A DNA stretch of 64,000 nt from Octopus bimaculoides (Eukaryota). Position numbers and translations under genes: made by a program. The DNA lies in contig NC_068995.1 of NCBI RefSeq assembly GCF_001194135.2, positions 3,349,213-3,413,212 on the forward strand, written 5' to 3'. This document shows positions 1 through 12,219 of the stretch, piece after piece. The notes below the pieces were generated by a model that ran no database searches, had not been told where the DNA came from, and worked only from the letters and a program-made list of their open reading frames with translations. How positions within the stretch are numbered: the first letter of the stretch is position 1; each line of letters opens with the position of its first letter.

Positions 1-910
1 TATATTGTTGTTGTTTTTATAACGTAGTTGCTGTTTATGAGACGCTGTCCCAACCACAGTTTTAATATCTCCCGAACCACCTTCACCGTCCCCGACTCGC
101 CATAGTCATTAAGTACATCAATTAGTCACCTGCTATTTCGGTTTGTAATGTTTTAATGATCACAACTAAAGCTAATTCATTGCTAGGATAGATTACTCAC
201 CACTGGCACCAAACACTACAACTCATACCCTTTCTTTCTCTCTCTCTCTCTCTCTCTCTCTCGTGGTTGTTGTTAATGTGTTTCATATTCCTGATAGATT
301 GCTCATCACTACACCTCAGCGCTTGCACCGCCACCACTTCACCACGAGTACCAACACTAGCAGCACCACCGCCACTACTACAACTTATACTTTTTCTCAT
401 GTTCTTTATATTCCTGATGTATTGTTTACCACTAGCACCGCTACACCTCACAAAAAAAAAAACACCACTGCACACACAGCAGCACAACACCAAACACGTC
501 GCCACTAAATTTTACCACTAAACCCAAACACTGGCAAGATAACACTTGAGTACTACACTGCAACACTAGCACACAAACACCTCATCACTGTCAACACTAC
601 CACCACAACCACAGCCCTTACTGCTGTTGTTGTTAGTAATATTATCCACAACTGTTATTTAATTTGTGTGGCTCTGTAATTCCTGCAGAGAACATCTTAT
701 AAACTGTTGACCCTTAAATATTATATCCCTGAACTCTGTTTTACATTGAACTGGTCACTGCATGTCAAACCTTGACCTTGTATCTATGTTGGTGATAAGA
801 TTTTACCTTAGTAGAGAGTTAATTTACAAAATTCCCATCAGAAATTAATACAATGATTTCTTATTTAGACACGAGGTAGATTGTTGAAAGGGAAGGGGAA
901 GAGTTAATAC

Positions 911-997
911 CTTGTTGCTAATATTTATTTTAACCATCTCCTCATCCCAAATTGTTGAAGCAGAAAACTTCATTTCATGCGGTTCCAGTCCATACAG
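911..997 (-). CDS. Candidate phase-0 exon: LYGLEPHEMKFSASTIWDEEMVKINISNK
   Basis: cctatttacAG acceptor and AAG|gtatta donor, 87 nt, stop-free; no partner exon identified. Confidence 0.25.
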
Positions 998-2059
998 CTG
1001 TAAATAGGTAACCCTGCGATGGATTAGCCTTCCACTCAGGGGGATGCTGGTCTGCTCGCATAACCAGTGGGATGGCATCACGCAGAAACTAAAACGATGC
1101 AAAGCACGTTGTGACCAGCAATGTGTAACAACATCTGATAGTTTGTTCGCTCATGTGATATATATATATATGTATATATATGCTTGTATGTGTGAGTGTG
1201 TTTATGTTGACTTGTCTTCACAACGTGTAGTAATTGTAAATGATCACCACTGTTATACAAGCAGTGTCATTCATTTTCAATATTCTGCGAAAGTGTATCC
1301 GGCCATGGTGAAATATTCCTTTACCTGGAAACAGGTAAAGGTTGATGACAGCCACGGCATCTGGACAAGTGTCTTCTATAACCAAGGGCCACAGAAGCCT
1401 TGTGGGTGGATTTGGTAGACAGAAACTGAAAGAAGCCCATTGTATATATGTGTACATATGTGTGTTTGTGTTTTTGAAATGTCCTCCCTTCCCTATCAGA
1501 ACTGGTGTTGGTGTGTTTACATTCCCATGAGTTAGTAATTCGGCAAAAGAGACTGATAGAATAAGCACCAGGCTGAAAAATGTGATAGAAGTGCTGGGTT
1601 CGATTTGTTTGACTAAAATTCTTCAAGGTGATGCCCCAGCTTGGTCACAGTTTAATGACTGAAACAAGTGAAAGATAAAAGATAAACAAATGAAGCAAAT
1701 GCTTCCTTTAATGTTTCCTTTCATCGGTTCTTTAGTATGTAGATATTAGTTCTTTTAGTAAGTCAAAGCAGCAACGACCAAGCTGGGGCACCATGTTCAG
1801 TGGTGACTATTTCCAACTTTTCTTGGCAAACAATTTAGAACAAAATTCACTTAAAGAACCACTTAAAATAGTTGATTGATGCCTCCCAGTATACTCTGTA
1901 AAATGGTTGGCGTTAGGAAGGGCATGCAGCTCTAGAAACCATGCCAAAACAGACAATGGCACTTGGTGTGACTCCTGGCCTTGCCAGCTGCTATCAGACT
2001 GTCCAACCCATTCCACCATGGAAGATGGACATTAAATGATGATGATGGTGTATTTATCG

Positions 2060-2480
2060 TGAGACTGTGGTTTTGTATTTGGAAAGTTCGCCACCAAGAA
2101 GCAGGCATGCGTAAGCTCTTTTATGGGGGACCAACAGCTGACCATACATAAGTATTCCCAGTCTTTGCCACCAATGTCGACAAGGACCAGTGTACACTGG
2201 CATCAGAAGACAAAGAACCAAAACCACCTGTCATTGGTCCCACTCCATCTCTATTTACCTACAGTTTATATTAAGTACATTATATGAAACTTTGGCCTTT
2301 CCGTATGGCGCTAGCTGCCTACCTTCTTTCCTGCTGACCAAAACTTTTATATTTTGGTGTTGTGATTCTTGGCTTTGCTTCAACATTTGGAATTTCTTTT
2401 CTAATTCTTAAACAGATTTAGCTATACCAACTAGATCATCAGTATATAGAATTTCCTAAGGACAGCTGGTTTTAAATTCC
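2060..2480 (-). mobile_element. RTE LINE fragment around the YADD motif
   Basis: EFKTSCP*EILYTDDLVGIAKSV*ELEKKFQMLKQ.. is a degenerate ELLYADDLVLIAES.EELE.KFQ.WKQ. Confidence 0.7.
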
Positions 2481-2616
2481 TTTACCATGACCTAAAGAGG
2501 AGGAGACTATGAACCAAACCGTGGTGGACACCGGCCTACATACAAAATTCCTCATTGCTGACTCTCACTTTGTTGGTAGCATTTCTGAACATGGCTTTCA
2601 TAATTCTTACAGTCCA

Positions 2617-3067
2617 TTCTTTAGCATTTAAACTGGCCATATCCGACCAAAATGTTCCACATGTTTTATTTTCAAACTGTCCAGATCTAGCTTCTCACAT
2701 CTACCTTGCAATATCATTCTAAAAATTAAGGTAGTGAGCTGGCAGAAGTGTTAGCATGCCAGGCTTAGGTGGTATTTTGGCTGCTGTTGCTGTCTGAGTT
2801 CAAATTCTGCCGAGGTTGACTTTGCCTTTTACCTTTTCGGGGGTGATTAAATAAGTACCAGTTATGCACTGGAGTCGATGTAATTGACTTAATCCCTTTG
2901 TCTGTCCTTGTTTGTCCTCCCTGTGGGCAATAAAGAAATAAATATCATTCTAAAAATTAACAGTTACCACATCAGAATCTCAGAGCTACAAGATAATGCA
3001 TGATTAATTAAAAACAATAGATATAAGCAAGCCTTGCATTTGACAGAATAATGTGAATGCTAAAGGG
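2617..3067 (+). mobile_element. Same piggyBac-like MITE, interrupted by a SINE
   Basis: ctttagcattta.. start and aatgctaaaggg end; homologous to 45691-45921; SINE inserted at 2730-2940. Confidence 0.7.
2730..2940 (+). mobile_element. tRNA-derived SINE, family A (gagctggcagaa..ctgagttcaaattc..ctttgcctttcatcc..), full copy with 20-bp TSD
   Basis: aatatcattctaaaaattaa at 2710-2729 and 2941-2960; A/B-box-like head. Confidence 0.85.
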
Positions 3068-3139
3068 GAGGGACCACCAGCACTACAGAGCTTTGTACCT
3101 TGTTAAAGGCCCTCTCCAGGTTTACAAATAGGTATAGAA

Positions 3140-3480
3140 GCTTGTTTTTCACAAATGGCTAAGCAGGCTTCAGTGACATTTGATACAAACCAAAACTATA
3201 TTTGATTTAGAGTTAATTACCTTCCTAATTAGTGATGCTTTAACTATTTCTCTTACCTTCATGACTTGCTCCATCAATTTGATACCTCCTGATTCTTTCT
3301 AGAATATTACCTTTTGCATTTGTAGCAGTTGATGTTGATACTGCTACCCCTGTCAGTAGACGTGACCCCCTCCCTCTACTACTGCTTCGGCCATGTGAGA
3401 CACTAGCACCTCTCCTATGTCACTGGATATTTTCACTATCTCCAATACTGTTCCTGGTGGTCCTGCTGCCTTTTGTCATC
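3140..3480 (-). mobile_element. RTE LINE fragment (RT N-terminal part)
   Basis: Translates to ..GPPGTVLEIVKISSDIGEVLVSHMAEAVV.., a degenerate form of the K..G..G+..EM+K pre-RT segment. Confidence 0.6.
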
Positions 3481-4059
3481 GTCATCATTTAACACCCATT
3501 TCCTATACTGGCAGGTGCTGGATGGTTTGATAAAAAACTTGCACGCCAGAGGACTGTTGAGCTCCATTGTCTGCTTTGACATAGTTTCTATGGCTGAATG
3601 TCTTTTCCTGCCTTCAAATTTATAATTATCAAAAATTTAGGGGTTTTTTTGAGTCTGAGGATCTTGTTAGCCGTACATTGTTCACAGCTTGTTGTCCTGT
3701 TTATGAACAGTTGTCAGCATCTCTCAAGAATCTTCCTCTTGATGTTGAAACTTGTAATTTATCTTAGTGGTAAGGGTATTTGGTTCATGAACATAAAGTT
3801 ATGAGTTTGATTCCCGGCAGCATGTTGTGACCTTATGCAAGACACTTTATTTCATGTTGCTAGCAAAAAAAGGAGTTATACCTTTTGTTCAAAAGGGGCC
3901 AGCCTTGTTACATTCTGTGCTACACTGAATCTCCCTCAGAACTACATTAAGGGCACACATGTATCTGTGGAGTGCTCAGCCACTTGTCTGTTAATTTCCT
4001 GAGCTGGCTGTTCCACGATCAACTGGGACCCACGTCTTCATAACTGACAGGGTACCAGT

Positions 4060-6305
4060 TGTTGCTCCTGTCCCTCCTCCACACTCAAAGCTTACTTTCT
4101 CTGTTGGCCTTCCTGTGATTTCACTGCATTGAGGACACTTTATGGAATTTCGACCAACATCTTTTCCACATATCTAACAATGCCATTCACCAGAAAAGAT
4201 TAAGTTAACTGTAAACCCTTTCATTCCAGTCCTTGCTTCCATACCTTGAATTTCATTCCAATTCTACTGTAATTTCAACATAGAGAAGTTCCCTTGGCAA
4301 CCAGTTCTTAAACTCTTTTGTTATGGCACAGAGGATTACAATAAACAGGAGAGGTCAAATAACTAAGCCCTGGTGGACTCCTACCTGAGCACTAAATTCA
4401 TCACTGTACTCATTGTTAACCCTTGCCTTACTGACCGCACCCTTGTGCATGGCTTGAGTGATTCTTACCAGCCATTTGTGTACTCCTAGCTTCTACAGTG
4501 ACCTCCAGATTGTGGAGTGAGGGAATCCTATCAAAGGCTTTCTCATTGTCGATGCAGGCCAACTACAAAAGCTTACTTTTGGCTAAATACTTCTGCAGTT
4601 GCTCTACTATAGAGTATCGGTTGTACTTCTCTCTGGCACAAAACCAAACTGCATCTCATATCGGCTGGCTCTCTCTTCTTAATTAATTCAGCTAGAACTC
4701 TTTCAGCAATTTACATAACCTGTTCCAGCAATTGGATGCCTCTGTAATTACTTCTCTTTAAGACATCTCCTTTACCTTAGTGAACAGTTGACTACAATGC
4801 TGCTGCACCAGTCGTTCGATTTGTTATCTTTCTGTGCAATTCCACTAACTATATAAGGGTGGCTGGGCTGTATTCCACTGCACCAAGCACTTTAAGCATC
4901 TTAGCAGTAATTCCTGATGAACCAGGGGCTTTTCTTGTTTTTCCATATCCTTCATTGCCTTGTCTATAATATTGCTGTCAACTTAAATGGCTGGTTTCTC
5001 TGCCAGGTCCAAATTAGGAAAACTCCTTCTCCGATGCATTTTCCACATTTAGCAGCCTTTCCTAATAAGACTTCCATGCTTGTTTTTTTTTGTTTTGTTT
5101 TTTTCAGATTCACCAAGTGTAAGTCTATCATCATTCATCCAGACACACTTCTTTCCTACAACACCTTCATCCAAAACATTTCATACCTCTGGTTCTCCGT
5201 AGAACATTGGCAAACCCCTTTTCCCCTTGCTAGATAGACCTATCACCTAACTTCTTTCCAAGCTACCTGGGGTAGTTCTCTGCTGCCCCCATTCTTCTGA
5301 TCCTTCCAAGCCTGTCTCTTTGCTTTTATGGCTCTGTTTCCTTGTTCTGCTCCATATCACCCTTGCTTGGGCTGCAGCTTTGTGCCAGCCACAGATTTGG
5401 TCTGTAGCCCTCAGTAAGCTGTCTTGTAAGAACTTCCAACTGTCCTGTATATTATACATCTCGAACTCTTCTTCCTTCTCATCAGATGCTTCAATTGAAA
5501 TATCCCTAAATATCTGATTGCTCAATGGGTCTTTGAGTTTCCATGCCCTCCTTTTCCAAACTGGTTTCTATCTCTGAGTCCTTTTAGATCTAAGTCTGAA
5601 GTCACTAACAACAAAACTTATGTTGGATTGTACACCTTTCCCTTGGAAAGGACTTTGCACTCTCAAGCATCTACCTTTCCCATTTTCTTATAAGAATTTA
5701 GTCAATCTGGCTTAAGTGCCCCCCAGGTTGATAGATAATTAAGTAGCTGGCAGGTTTTCTGAAGTTAGTGTTGTGGATCAACAAGCTTTAGGCATCAGAA
5801 AACTCCAGCAGCCTCGTTCCCTCCTCATTTTTAGAACCAAAGATTTAACCTGCATGTACGATTACAGGTAAGTTCACTGCCTCAGTTCACTGCAAGGAAA
5901 GTTTTCTCACAAAATGTGTCCATAGTATCTCATTATTAATAGTATTTTATTGAAAAAAAAAAATGGCAAATTGATGACAGTGAAATTTTCCCTGCTGTGA
6001 ATTGATGATGGTGAATTTACCGGAATTGTGAATGTACCCCATGAAATTCATTGGAGTTCTACCCAACATTTCCATTGAAGTTACCATCCAAGATAATAGG
6101 GTGATAGTCAGGGTTGTGTGCAGAAGGCCTGCCTCACAGAAATGGTCCTTCAGTTCATCTGCCAATCCAACTTGTAAAACCTATGCTGACATAAATGCTA
6201 TTGTGATGTAACCAAACAACTATTCTCAGCTTAACAATCCTGCTGCAAGCATTCTGATTGTCTCAGTCACTCAATCCAAGAATATGCCTACACCTGTTAC
6301 AATTA
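4060..6305 (-). mobile_element. Decayed RTE-clade LINE (APE endonuclease C-terminal part plus RT)
   Basis: Broken-frame translations ..QVGLADELKDHFCE.., ..KAFDRIPHSTIWRSL*KLGVHKWLV.., ..QVGVHQGLVI*PLLFIVIL..; many stops and frameshifts. Confidence 0.85.
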
Positions 6306-7239
6306 GCGGTTTTCTAGTTGCTTAATCAAGAAGAAAACCACCTGTTATTGAATAGCATTGTAGGTGGCTGAGTATCCCACTGACAATTACACCTTTAATG
6401 TAACCCTCAGGCAGAATGAATGTGATAAGTCAACCAGATCATTGAACTAAGGGCCCTGTCCATTTTGGGAGTTTCCACTTATGTTGTTCCTTTTGCAAGG
6501 TTTGTATTAATCTAATGAAGTAATTGAAGACAAATCAAACTCAGGATTTCATCCTTGTAAAGCTGAATTCTTTTCATATCATCATCATCATCCTCATTGT
6601 GTTAATGTCCCCCTTTTCCAGGCTGAAACGGCTCAGATGAAGGTTGTTGAGGCAGATTTTCTTTGGCTGGATGCTCTTCCTCTTGCCAACCCTTACCTTT
6701 TTTTCCAAACAAAATAACCACTGGTATGAATGGTGAAGCTTGTTTACGATTAATGTAGGACCCGCATGTATACACACTCACACACATACCCATGCATATA
6801 TAAGCACAACAGGCTTCTTTCTGTTTCCATCTACTGAATCCACTGAAAGGCTTTGCTCAGCTTGGGGCTGTAGGAGAAAACACTTGTTCAAGGTGTAACC
6901 CTGCAGTGGGAGTAAGCCCAGACCACATGGCTGCAGACCAAACTTGCACATGCATCATATCTACATGATGGCTGTGTACTCATAAGATGAGCACAGGCAT
7001 TGCTGACTCTTCTGAGCAAGTGAAGTCGAGTATGGCTTGCACAACACCACAACTCTCATTAACCATCCCAAGGAACCCAGAAATTAGCAAAGTGCAAGAT
7101 ATCCAGCTCTGTAGAGCAGTGGGTTTTATATACAAGTTAGCCTTCTCCTTGAGGGATGTCATGACAAAAACTAGGGGCCCTTCGGACACCAACCCAAGTA
7201 TTTCTACATCCTGGTACTCATACATATATACATACATAC

Positions 7240-7810
7240 TGTGACGCTCTTATAATCCCAGAGTGCAACTGCATGTGTAGGCTTTGTCATGTTTCTGTGG
7301 AAGACATCACGCATGTGATTAGCAGCTGTACTAAAATGTCATCACGGTACTATCTCCCTATGTGGTCCGATGTTGTTGCTAAAACAATTTACAATGCCAT
7401 CTGCAAAAAAGATTGTCCTGAAATAAACTTAGAAAATCCCTCTGTTATGGAATACATTCCTAAACACCAACTGAAGGAATACTGGCGGAATATTATTCCC
7501 ATCAGAACTTCTGTCAAATGTAAACATAACAGGCTGGATATTGTTGTTTGGGACAGAGGGCCAAAGGTATGTGCCATCATAGAGGTCAGCTGCCCAGCAG
7601 ATATAAATATCTCTTTTGAAAATCAAAGGAAAAGAGGATATCGATGGACAACTGCTTCGAAACCTCCAGCTTCTATATCCAGACTATGAATTCATATTCA
7701 TACCAATAATAATTGGAGCACTAGGTTTTTTTTTTTCTGTTACTCTAGAATCATTTGCTGTTTCCTTAAAAAACTGGACTTGTATCCAAATAAAACATAC
7801 AAAAACCTGA
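7240..7810 (+). mobile_element. 3' fragment of an R4/Dong-like non-LTR retrotransposon (CCHC knuckle plus restriction-like endonuclease)
   Basis: CRLCHVSVEDITHVISSC knuckle, DVVAKTIY, KHNRLDIVVWD..IIEVSCPADINI (PD..D/E-like), then after a frameshift QLLRNLQLLYPDYEFIFIPIIIGALG. Confidence 0.85.
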
Positions 7811-7851
7811 CATCAAATAATTCCAAAATACTTTTTTTTTATTTCTGCCAG

Positions 7852-8001
7852 ATTCTTTGAATGCACATAGAATGTATGCAGACATTGCCAAGACTGATTA
7901 TTCAGAATGCGGACCAGCAAATGCTACCCTCAGTCTACCCAATAACTCACCACTCCAATTAACATATGACAGCCCCAGGTATATGGACAGCCGTGAACAG
8001 G
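7852..8001 (+). CDS. Internal exon of an uncharacterised protein (D-SLNAHRMYADIAKTDYSECGPANATLSLPNNSPLQLTYDSPRYMDSREQ); upstream exons not found in the window
   Basis: Poly-T tract plus ttctgccAG acceptor and CAGG|gtaag donor; 150 nt, phase 1 to phase 1, stop-free; joins the next exon in frame (G|AC = Asp). Confidence 0.85.
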
Positions 8002-8769
8002 GTAAGGGTTCTTTTTTTTTCTTTTTTCTTTTCATTTTTTGGATTTTGTTTTTTTGGGGTGGCAATCTGCTCGTTGGAATAAATTGTATTCTATTTTTTA
8101 TAGAAACATTTCTGAAGCAAATGCTTCTTCTAGCGCCAAAACATATTTTTGACCTCTAGGAGAGATTGGTTGGACTGTTTACTTAGTTCAGATTAATTAC
8201 AATTAAAATAGAATTATTAGATAAACAGTATAAGTATGTGTGTGTACATACACACACACACACACACAATAGGTGAGACCTAGATATGCTCAGAATAGAA
8301 AACACATACAAGTGCTCAAATAAATTTGAACTTAACACCAAATAAATTTGAACTTAACAGCATTGCACACAAAAGTTCCATGTGAATAATTCAGTAATAT
8401 TTGTGGTTTTAAGCCCTAGAGTGGTGCATCCTCAGACTTGCATCAAAATGTGTGCTCGACCTTTGTAGGGGATGCATTGCACTGGGGCCAAATCTTGGGT
8501 GAATTGTAAACATAATACCACATCTGTGTTGTCTACTTGTATTTTGTTGTTCAAATTTCAAATTGCTAATCAAATGGACTGACCCTAACCCGAACCCTAA
8601 CCCAAGCATAAACTGTTAGTGGTTCAGTGATGAGATTTCAGCTCATTATGTGGGTTGAATTTTCTTCAGAAAAACTGTTCATTTGTTTCTTTAGAGAACC
8701 ATTCATAGATGGGCGTCCCACTGTATATTAAACATATGTTATTTTGTCCTCATTTTTTTTTTTTTTCAG

Positions 8770-8901
8770 ACGATGTGTTTTTGACCCTGGAACATGCAAA
8801 AGAGCAGTTTTTATCATTGCTACAAAAAATGGATATTGATGCTCTTGTTGCGTTTGATAAATGGTTGAAAATGATGCGGATTAGTCGTAATCCACTTACT
8901 G
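8770..8901 (+). CDS. Internal exon (DDVFLTLEHAKEQFLSLLQKMDIDALVAFDKWLKMMRISRNPLT), amphipathic helix-like
   Basis: Long poly-T plus cAG acceptor and ACTG|gtaagt donor; 132 nt, phase 1 to phase 1; in frame with both neighbours. Confidence 0.9.
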
Positions 8902-9242
8902 GTAAGTAATCATTCACTTCTCTCTTTCTTTCTTTCTTTCTTTCTTTTTTGTTTTCCGTTTTCCTCATCATCTTCATCATCATCACCATCATCCTAATGT
9001 CTACCTTTCCATTATCAGAACAGTGTACTAAAATGGTTTCTATGTAGAACATGATTCTCAGAGTAAAGCAGGTGTTTTGACTGCCTCTTAAGTGGTCTCA
9101 GTTGTCATTTCCCTGTCAACACATCTTTTGGGGGATCTTACACTTAAGGTAAACTCCCTTGCTTGAGAAACAGATAAGAGTTTGCAGCTGGAAGGGTATC
9201 TGGTTGTGAAACGCTGTTTCAGTAATATGTATTCATCTAATT

Positions 9243-9464
9243 CAGTGGTTCCCAAAGTGGGCGGTATTGCCTCACTGGGGATGGTGGAAAGTTCCAAGTG
9301 GGGTGATAATGGGGTAGCGATTTATGTAAAAACAACAAAATGATGGGTTCGTTGGGTTAAGTTTTATTTGTGAAATACAGTTGCTTTGAATTTGCTTCAG
9401 AAAGAGGGCTATGCATCCCTGGGTCTCAAGGGGCCGACAGCCTGAAAATGTTTGGGAATCACTG
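9243..9464. mobile_element. hAT (Charlie-like) MITE
   Basis: TIRs CAGTGGTTCCCAAA and TTTGGGAATCACTG; near-TSD of 8 bp, atctaatt and atctaacc. Confidence 0.75.
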
Positions 9465-9604
9465 ATCTAACCCATGCTAGCATGGAAAAATAGATGTAAA
9501 AAAAGCAAAAAAAAAAAAAAGCATAAAAAATGACACAAACACAGTCATATATGTGTATATGTGTGTATATATATATATATAATTCTTAAACAAGAATATT
9601 ATTG

Positions 9605-9690
9605 ATAGTGACTTCAAAGTTTCAGCCACTTATGCCATCTTTAGACTGCTGTCTGATGATGGGTCAGCTGGTCAAAACTTTGAAGTAACT
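9605..9690. ncRNA. Back-to-back inverted pair of decayed hammerheads (same family as 25119)
   Basis: Minus: cagtCTAAAGAtggcataagtggctGAAACtttgaaGTCact. Plus: ctgtCTGATGAtgggtcagctggtcAAAACtttgaaGTAact. 30/42 identical by hand, no spacer. Confidence 0.65.
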
Positions 9691-11474
9691 CATCATCATC
9701 ATCATTGCTGTTTAACGTCCGCTTTCCATGCTGGCATGGGTTGGATGGTTTGACTGAGAAGTGGCAAGCTGGGAGGCTGCACCAGGCTCCAATCTGATTT
9801 GGCATGGTCTCTACAGCTGGATGCTCTTCCTAATTCTAACCACTCTGAGAATATAGTGGGTGCTTTTTATGTGCCACTAGCACGGGAGCTAGTCAGTATG
9901 TCTTTACATGTTTAAAAAATAAAAAGGTATGATTATTAGGAAAATTAGACTGACATCAAATAAGGAGGTTTTAGAAGTTAAGCATGAAGTGGATAAAATC
10001 CTAATTTGGAAAATAAAAGGTCAGTGGATTGTCTCATGAGCAGCATTTTACTGTGACCTTGGTAGTGCAAGGAATTCACAAAGACTCTGTCCTCCCCTTA
10101 GCTATAATTAGGTACCGTGTGTAAAGGTGGTTGGCCACAGTGTTGTGTGTTTGATTAGCATGCAGTCTTGAGTTCAAATTCCATTCAGGGTGCTCATGCA
10201 CAATGTAGAAATTAAAACAAACAAAAATAATATATATAAAAAAAACTGCGCCTAACACTACGGGCCCCTTTGATTCTTATTTTACTCTCCTGGACCCTAA
10301 TAAACATTCCATCTTTAAAAAAAAGCCCCATCATATTTTTATAATTAAATGTTATTCAGAATTGTATTAAAAAATATTTATTATTAATATTTTGTGTATT
10401 GTGGGAGTAATACCAGTTTTACATAAATTTCAACAACAAAATCTTATGTGGATCCCCAAGGATCAGTATACCCCACCACCACCACCACAGAGTCATATAT
10501 GGACCCCTGTTGGTAGCCACTGGTCAAACAAGAGTTGACTAGGGGCACGTAACCTATGAAGGAAGGGAGATAATTAAGTAAAGCTGGAAATCATTTTCAT
10601 ATATATTTTAATGGTTTATCACAGTTCGTAGACAACTGCGACCCACAGGACTTCCTGAATAGCACGCATAATGTAAATTTCTTTTGAATTTTTGTAGTAG
10701 TGCAGTCCATTTGAAGATGAGCCTCATCTCATGCGGCCAATTTATCGAAAGAGGTTGCCCATGTACAGGTTACTAGAAAGATTCTGCATAGTTATCTGCC
10801 CCTCTGTCATTGGTTATCTGCCCCTGGCTATCATTTGTTAGTCAAATTTCATTTATTCAAATGGCTTATCCTTCAGTAGAGCCTCTTTGACCCTTTTCGG
10901 AGCCTCTGTGACTATTGTGGGAAGGAGGGAGGGAATAATCTTTCGACGGGGCATCCCACCTGAGCCCTAACAACAGAGTGGACGGTATTAAAAGTCTCCT
11001 CCACCCCTCAAAGGTCATGTGGTGTTGTTAGACCAGGTAAGCAATTAACCATACATACAAGGATTTTCTTGTTGATTAACAAACAATTTATTATTGTAAC
11101 ATATATGTGTGTGTGTTTTATGTATGTATATACGTGAAATTGTTCATGAAATATTTAGTTTTGTACTCTGTGACTTCTCCAACTGCAGAGGCCAACCAAA
11201 TGAAACTCTGACTATAATACAAGGATTCCTCACTGTTTCCATTTGGATATACAATATACATGGATTTCAAAATACTAGTTAATTAGCATGCAATTTTAAT
11301 TTAAAGAATATCATACAGGTGTGACTGTGTGGTAGGTAGCTTGGGCAAATGTCTTCTACTGCGTGGCACCTTGGGCAAATGTCTTCTACTGTAGCCTCGG
11401 GCTGACCAAAGCCTTATGAGAGGATTTGGAAGATGGAAACTGAAAGATTCTCATCATATATATACCTGTGTGAC

Positions 11475-11870
11475 ATCATCATCATCATCATCATCATTTA
11501 ACCTTTGTTTTCCATGCTGGCATGGGTTGGATGATGTGACTGAGGTCTGGAGAGCCAGTGGCTGCACCAGGCTCCAATCTGATCATGTAATGTTTCTACA
11601 GCTGGGATGCCCTTCCTAATGCCAACCACTCCGAGAGTGTAGTGGGTGCTTTTTATGTGCCACCGACACAGGGAGCCAGTCAGGAGACACTGGCATCGAC
11701 CATGTTCAGATGATGCCTTTTACATGCCACCAGAACAGGGGCCAGTCAGGGGGCACTGGCCACAGCTGTGATTTTGGTTTTACTTGCCTCAACAGGTCTT
11801 CTCAAGTATATCATATCGCCTGATGCGTCAAGGGTACTCTTGAATGGCATTGCCTCAGCATGGCCACAGT
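11475..11870 (+). mobile_element. SINE-like family C ((CAT)n-tttaac..ccatgctggcatgggttgga..ctggatgcccttcctaatgccaaccac..gtagtgggtgctttt)
   Basis: Homologous copies at about 1870-2045 (-), 6580-6710, 9690-9900, 15360-15545 (-) and 55005-55160. Confidence 0.8.
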
Positions 11871-12219
11871 CCAGTAACTGAAAGAAGCAAAAGATAAAAG
11901 ATTTGTATCTACGTGTGAGTGTGTGAAATATTTGCTTAAAATTTTGCCTTTGACCTGTGATAACCATTCCACAAAGTTTAAACCTTTTACAGAATCTTTT
12001 GGCAAAAGGGACTTATTGGGCAGAGAGTGATTTGAAGAAATCTGTTGTATTATTACTTTGAAAGTGGAATGACATCTTGGCATGGTTTGCATGATAGATA
12101 GACATATACAATAGTTTTTTTTTTTTTTCTTTCTTAAATTCTTTATATTTAAAAAAGAAAATGGTTTCTGAATTTTTCATCATTGTTTTTTTTTTCTTTT
12201 TTTCTCTTTCCAAACGCAG

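Noticed and set aside
197-640. Overlapping 80-100 aa ORFs on both strands
   Set aside because: Low-complexity (CAC/ACT/CT)n sequence with no splice-consistent exon.
2430-2450. CTGATGA on the minus strand
   Set aside because: It is the coding sequence of the degenerate RT YADD motif (TAT ACT GAT GAT); no GAAAC or stems follow.
6980-7244. 85-aa ORFs on both strands upstream of the R4-like fragment
   Set aside because: No splice sites or motifs recognised; probably TE-derived.
8390-8440. Possible decayed hammerhead on minus (AGT-CTGAGGA..GGGCTT-AAAAC..ATT-ACT)
   Set aside because: Stem II and stem III pair poorly and G12 is absent; too degenerate to call.
8575-8610. Telomere-like ccctaacccgaaccctaaccc
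   Set aside because: Only two to three imperfect units; such motifs are common inside DNA-type repeats and do not indicate an interstitial telomere.
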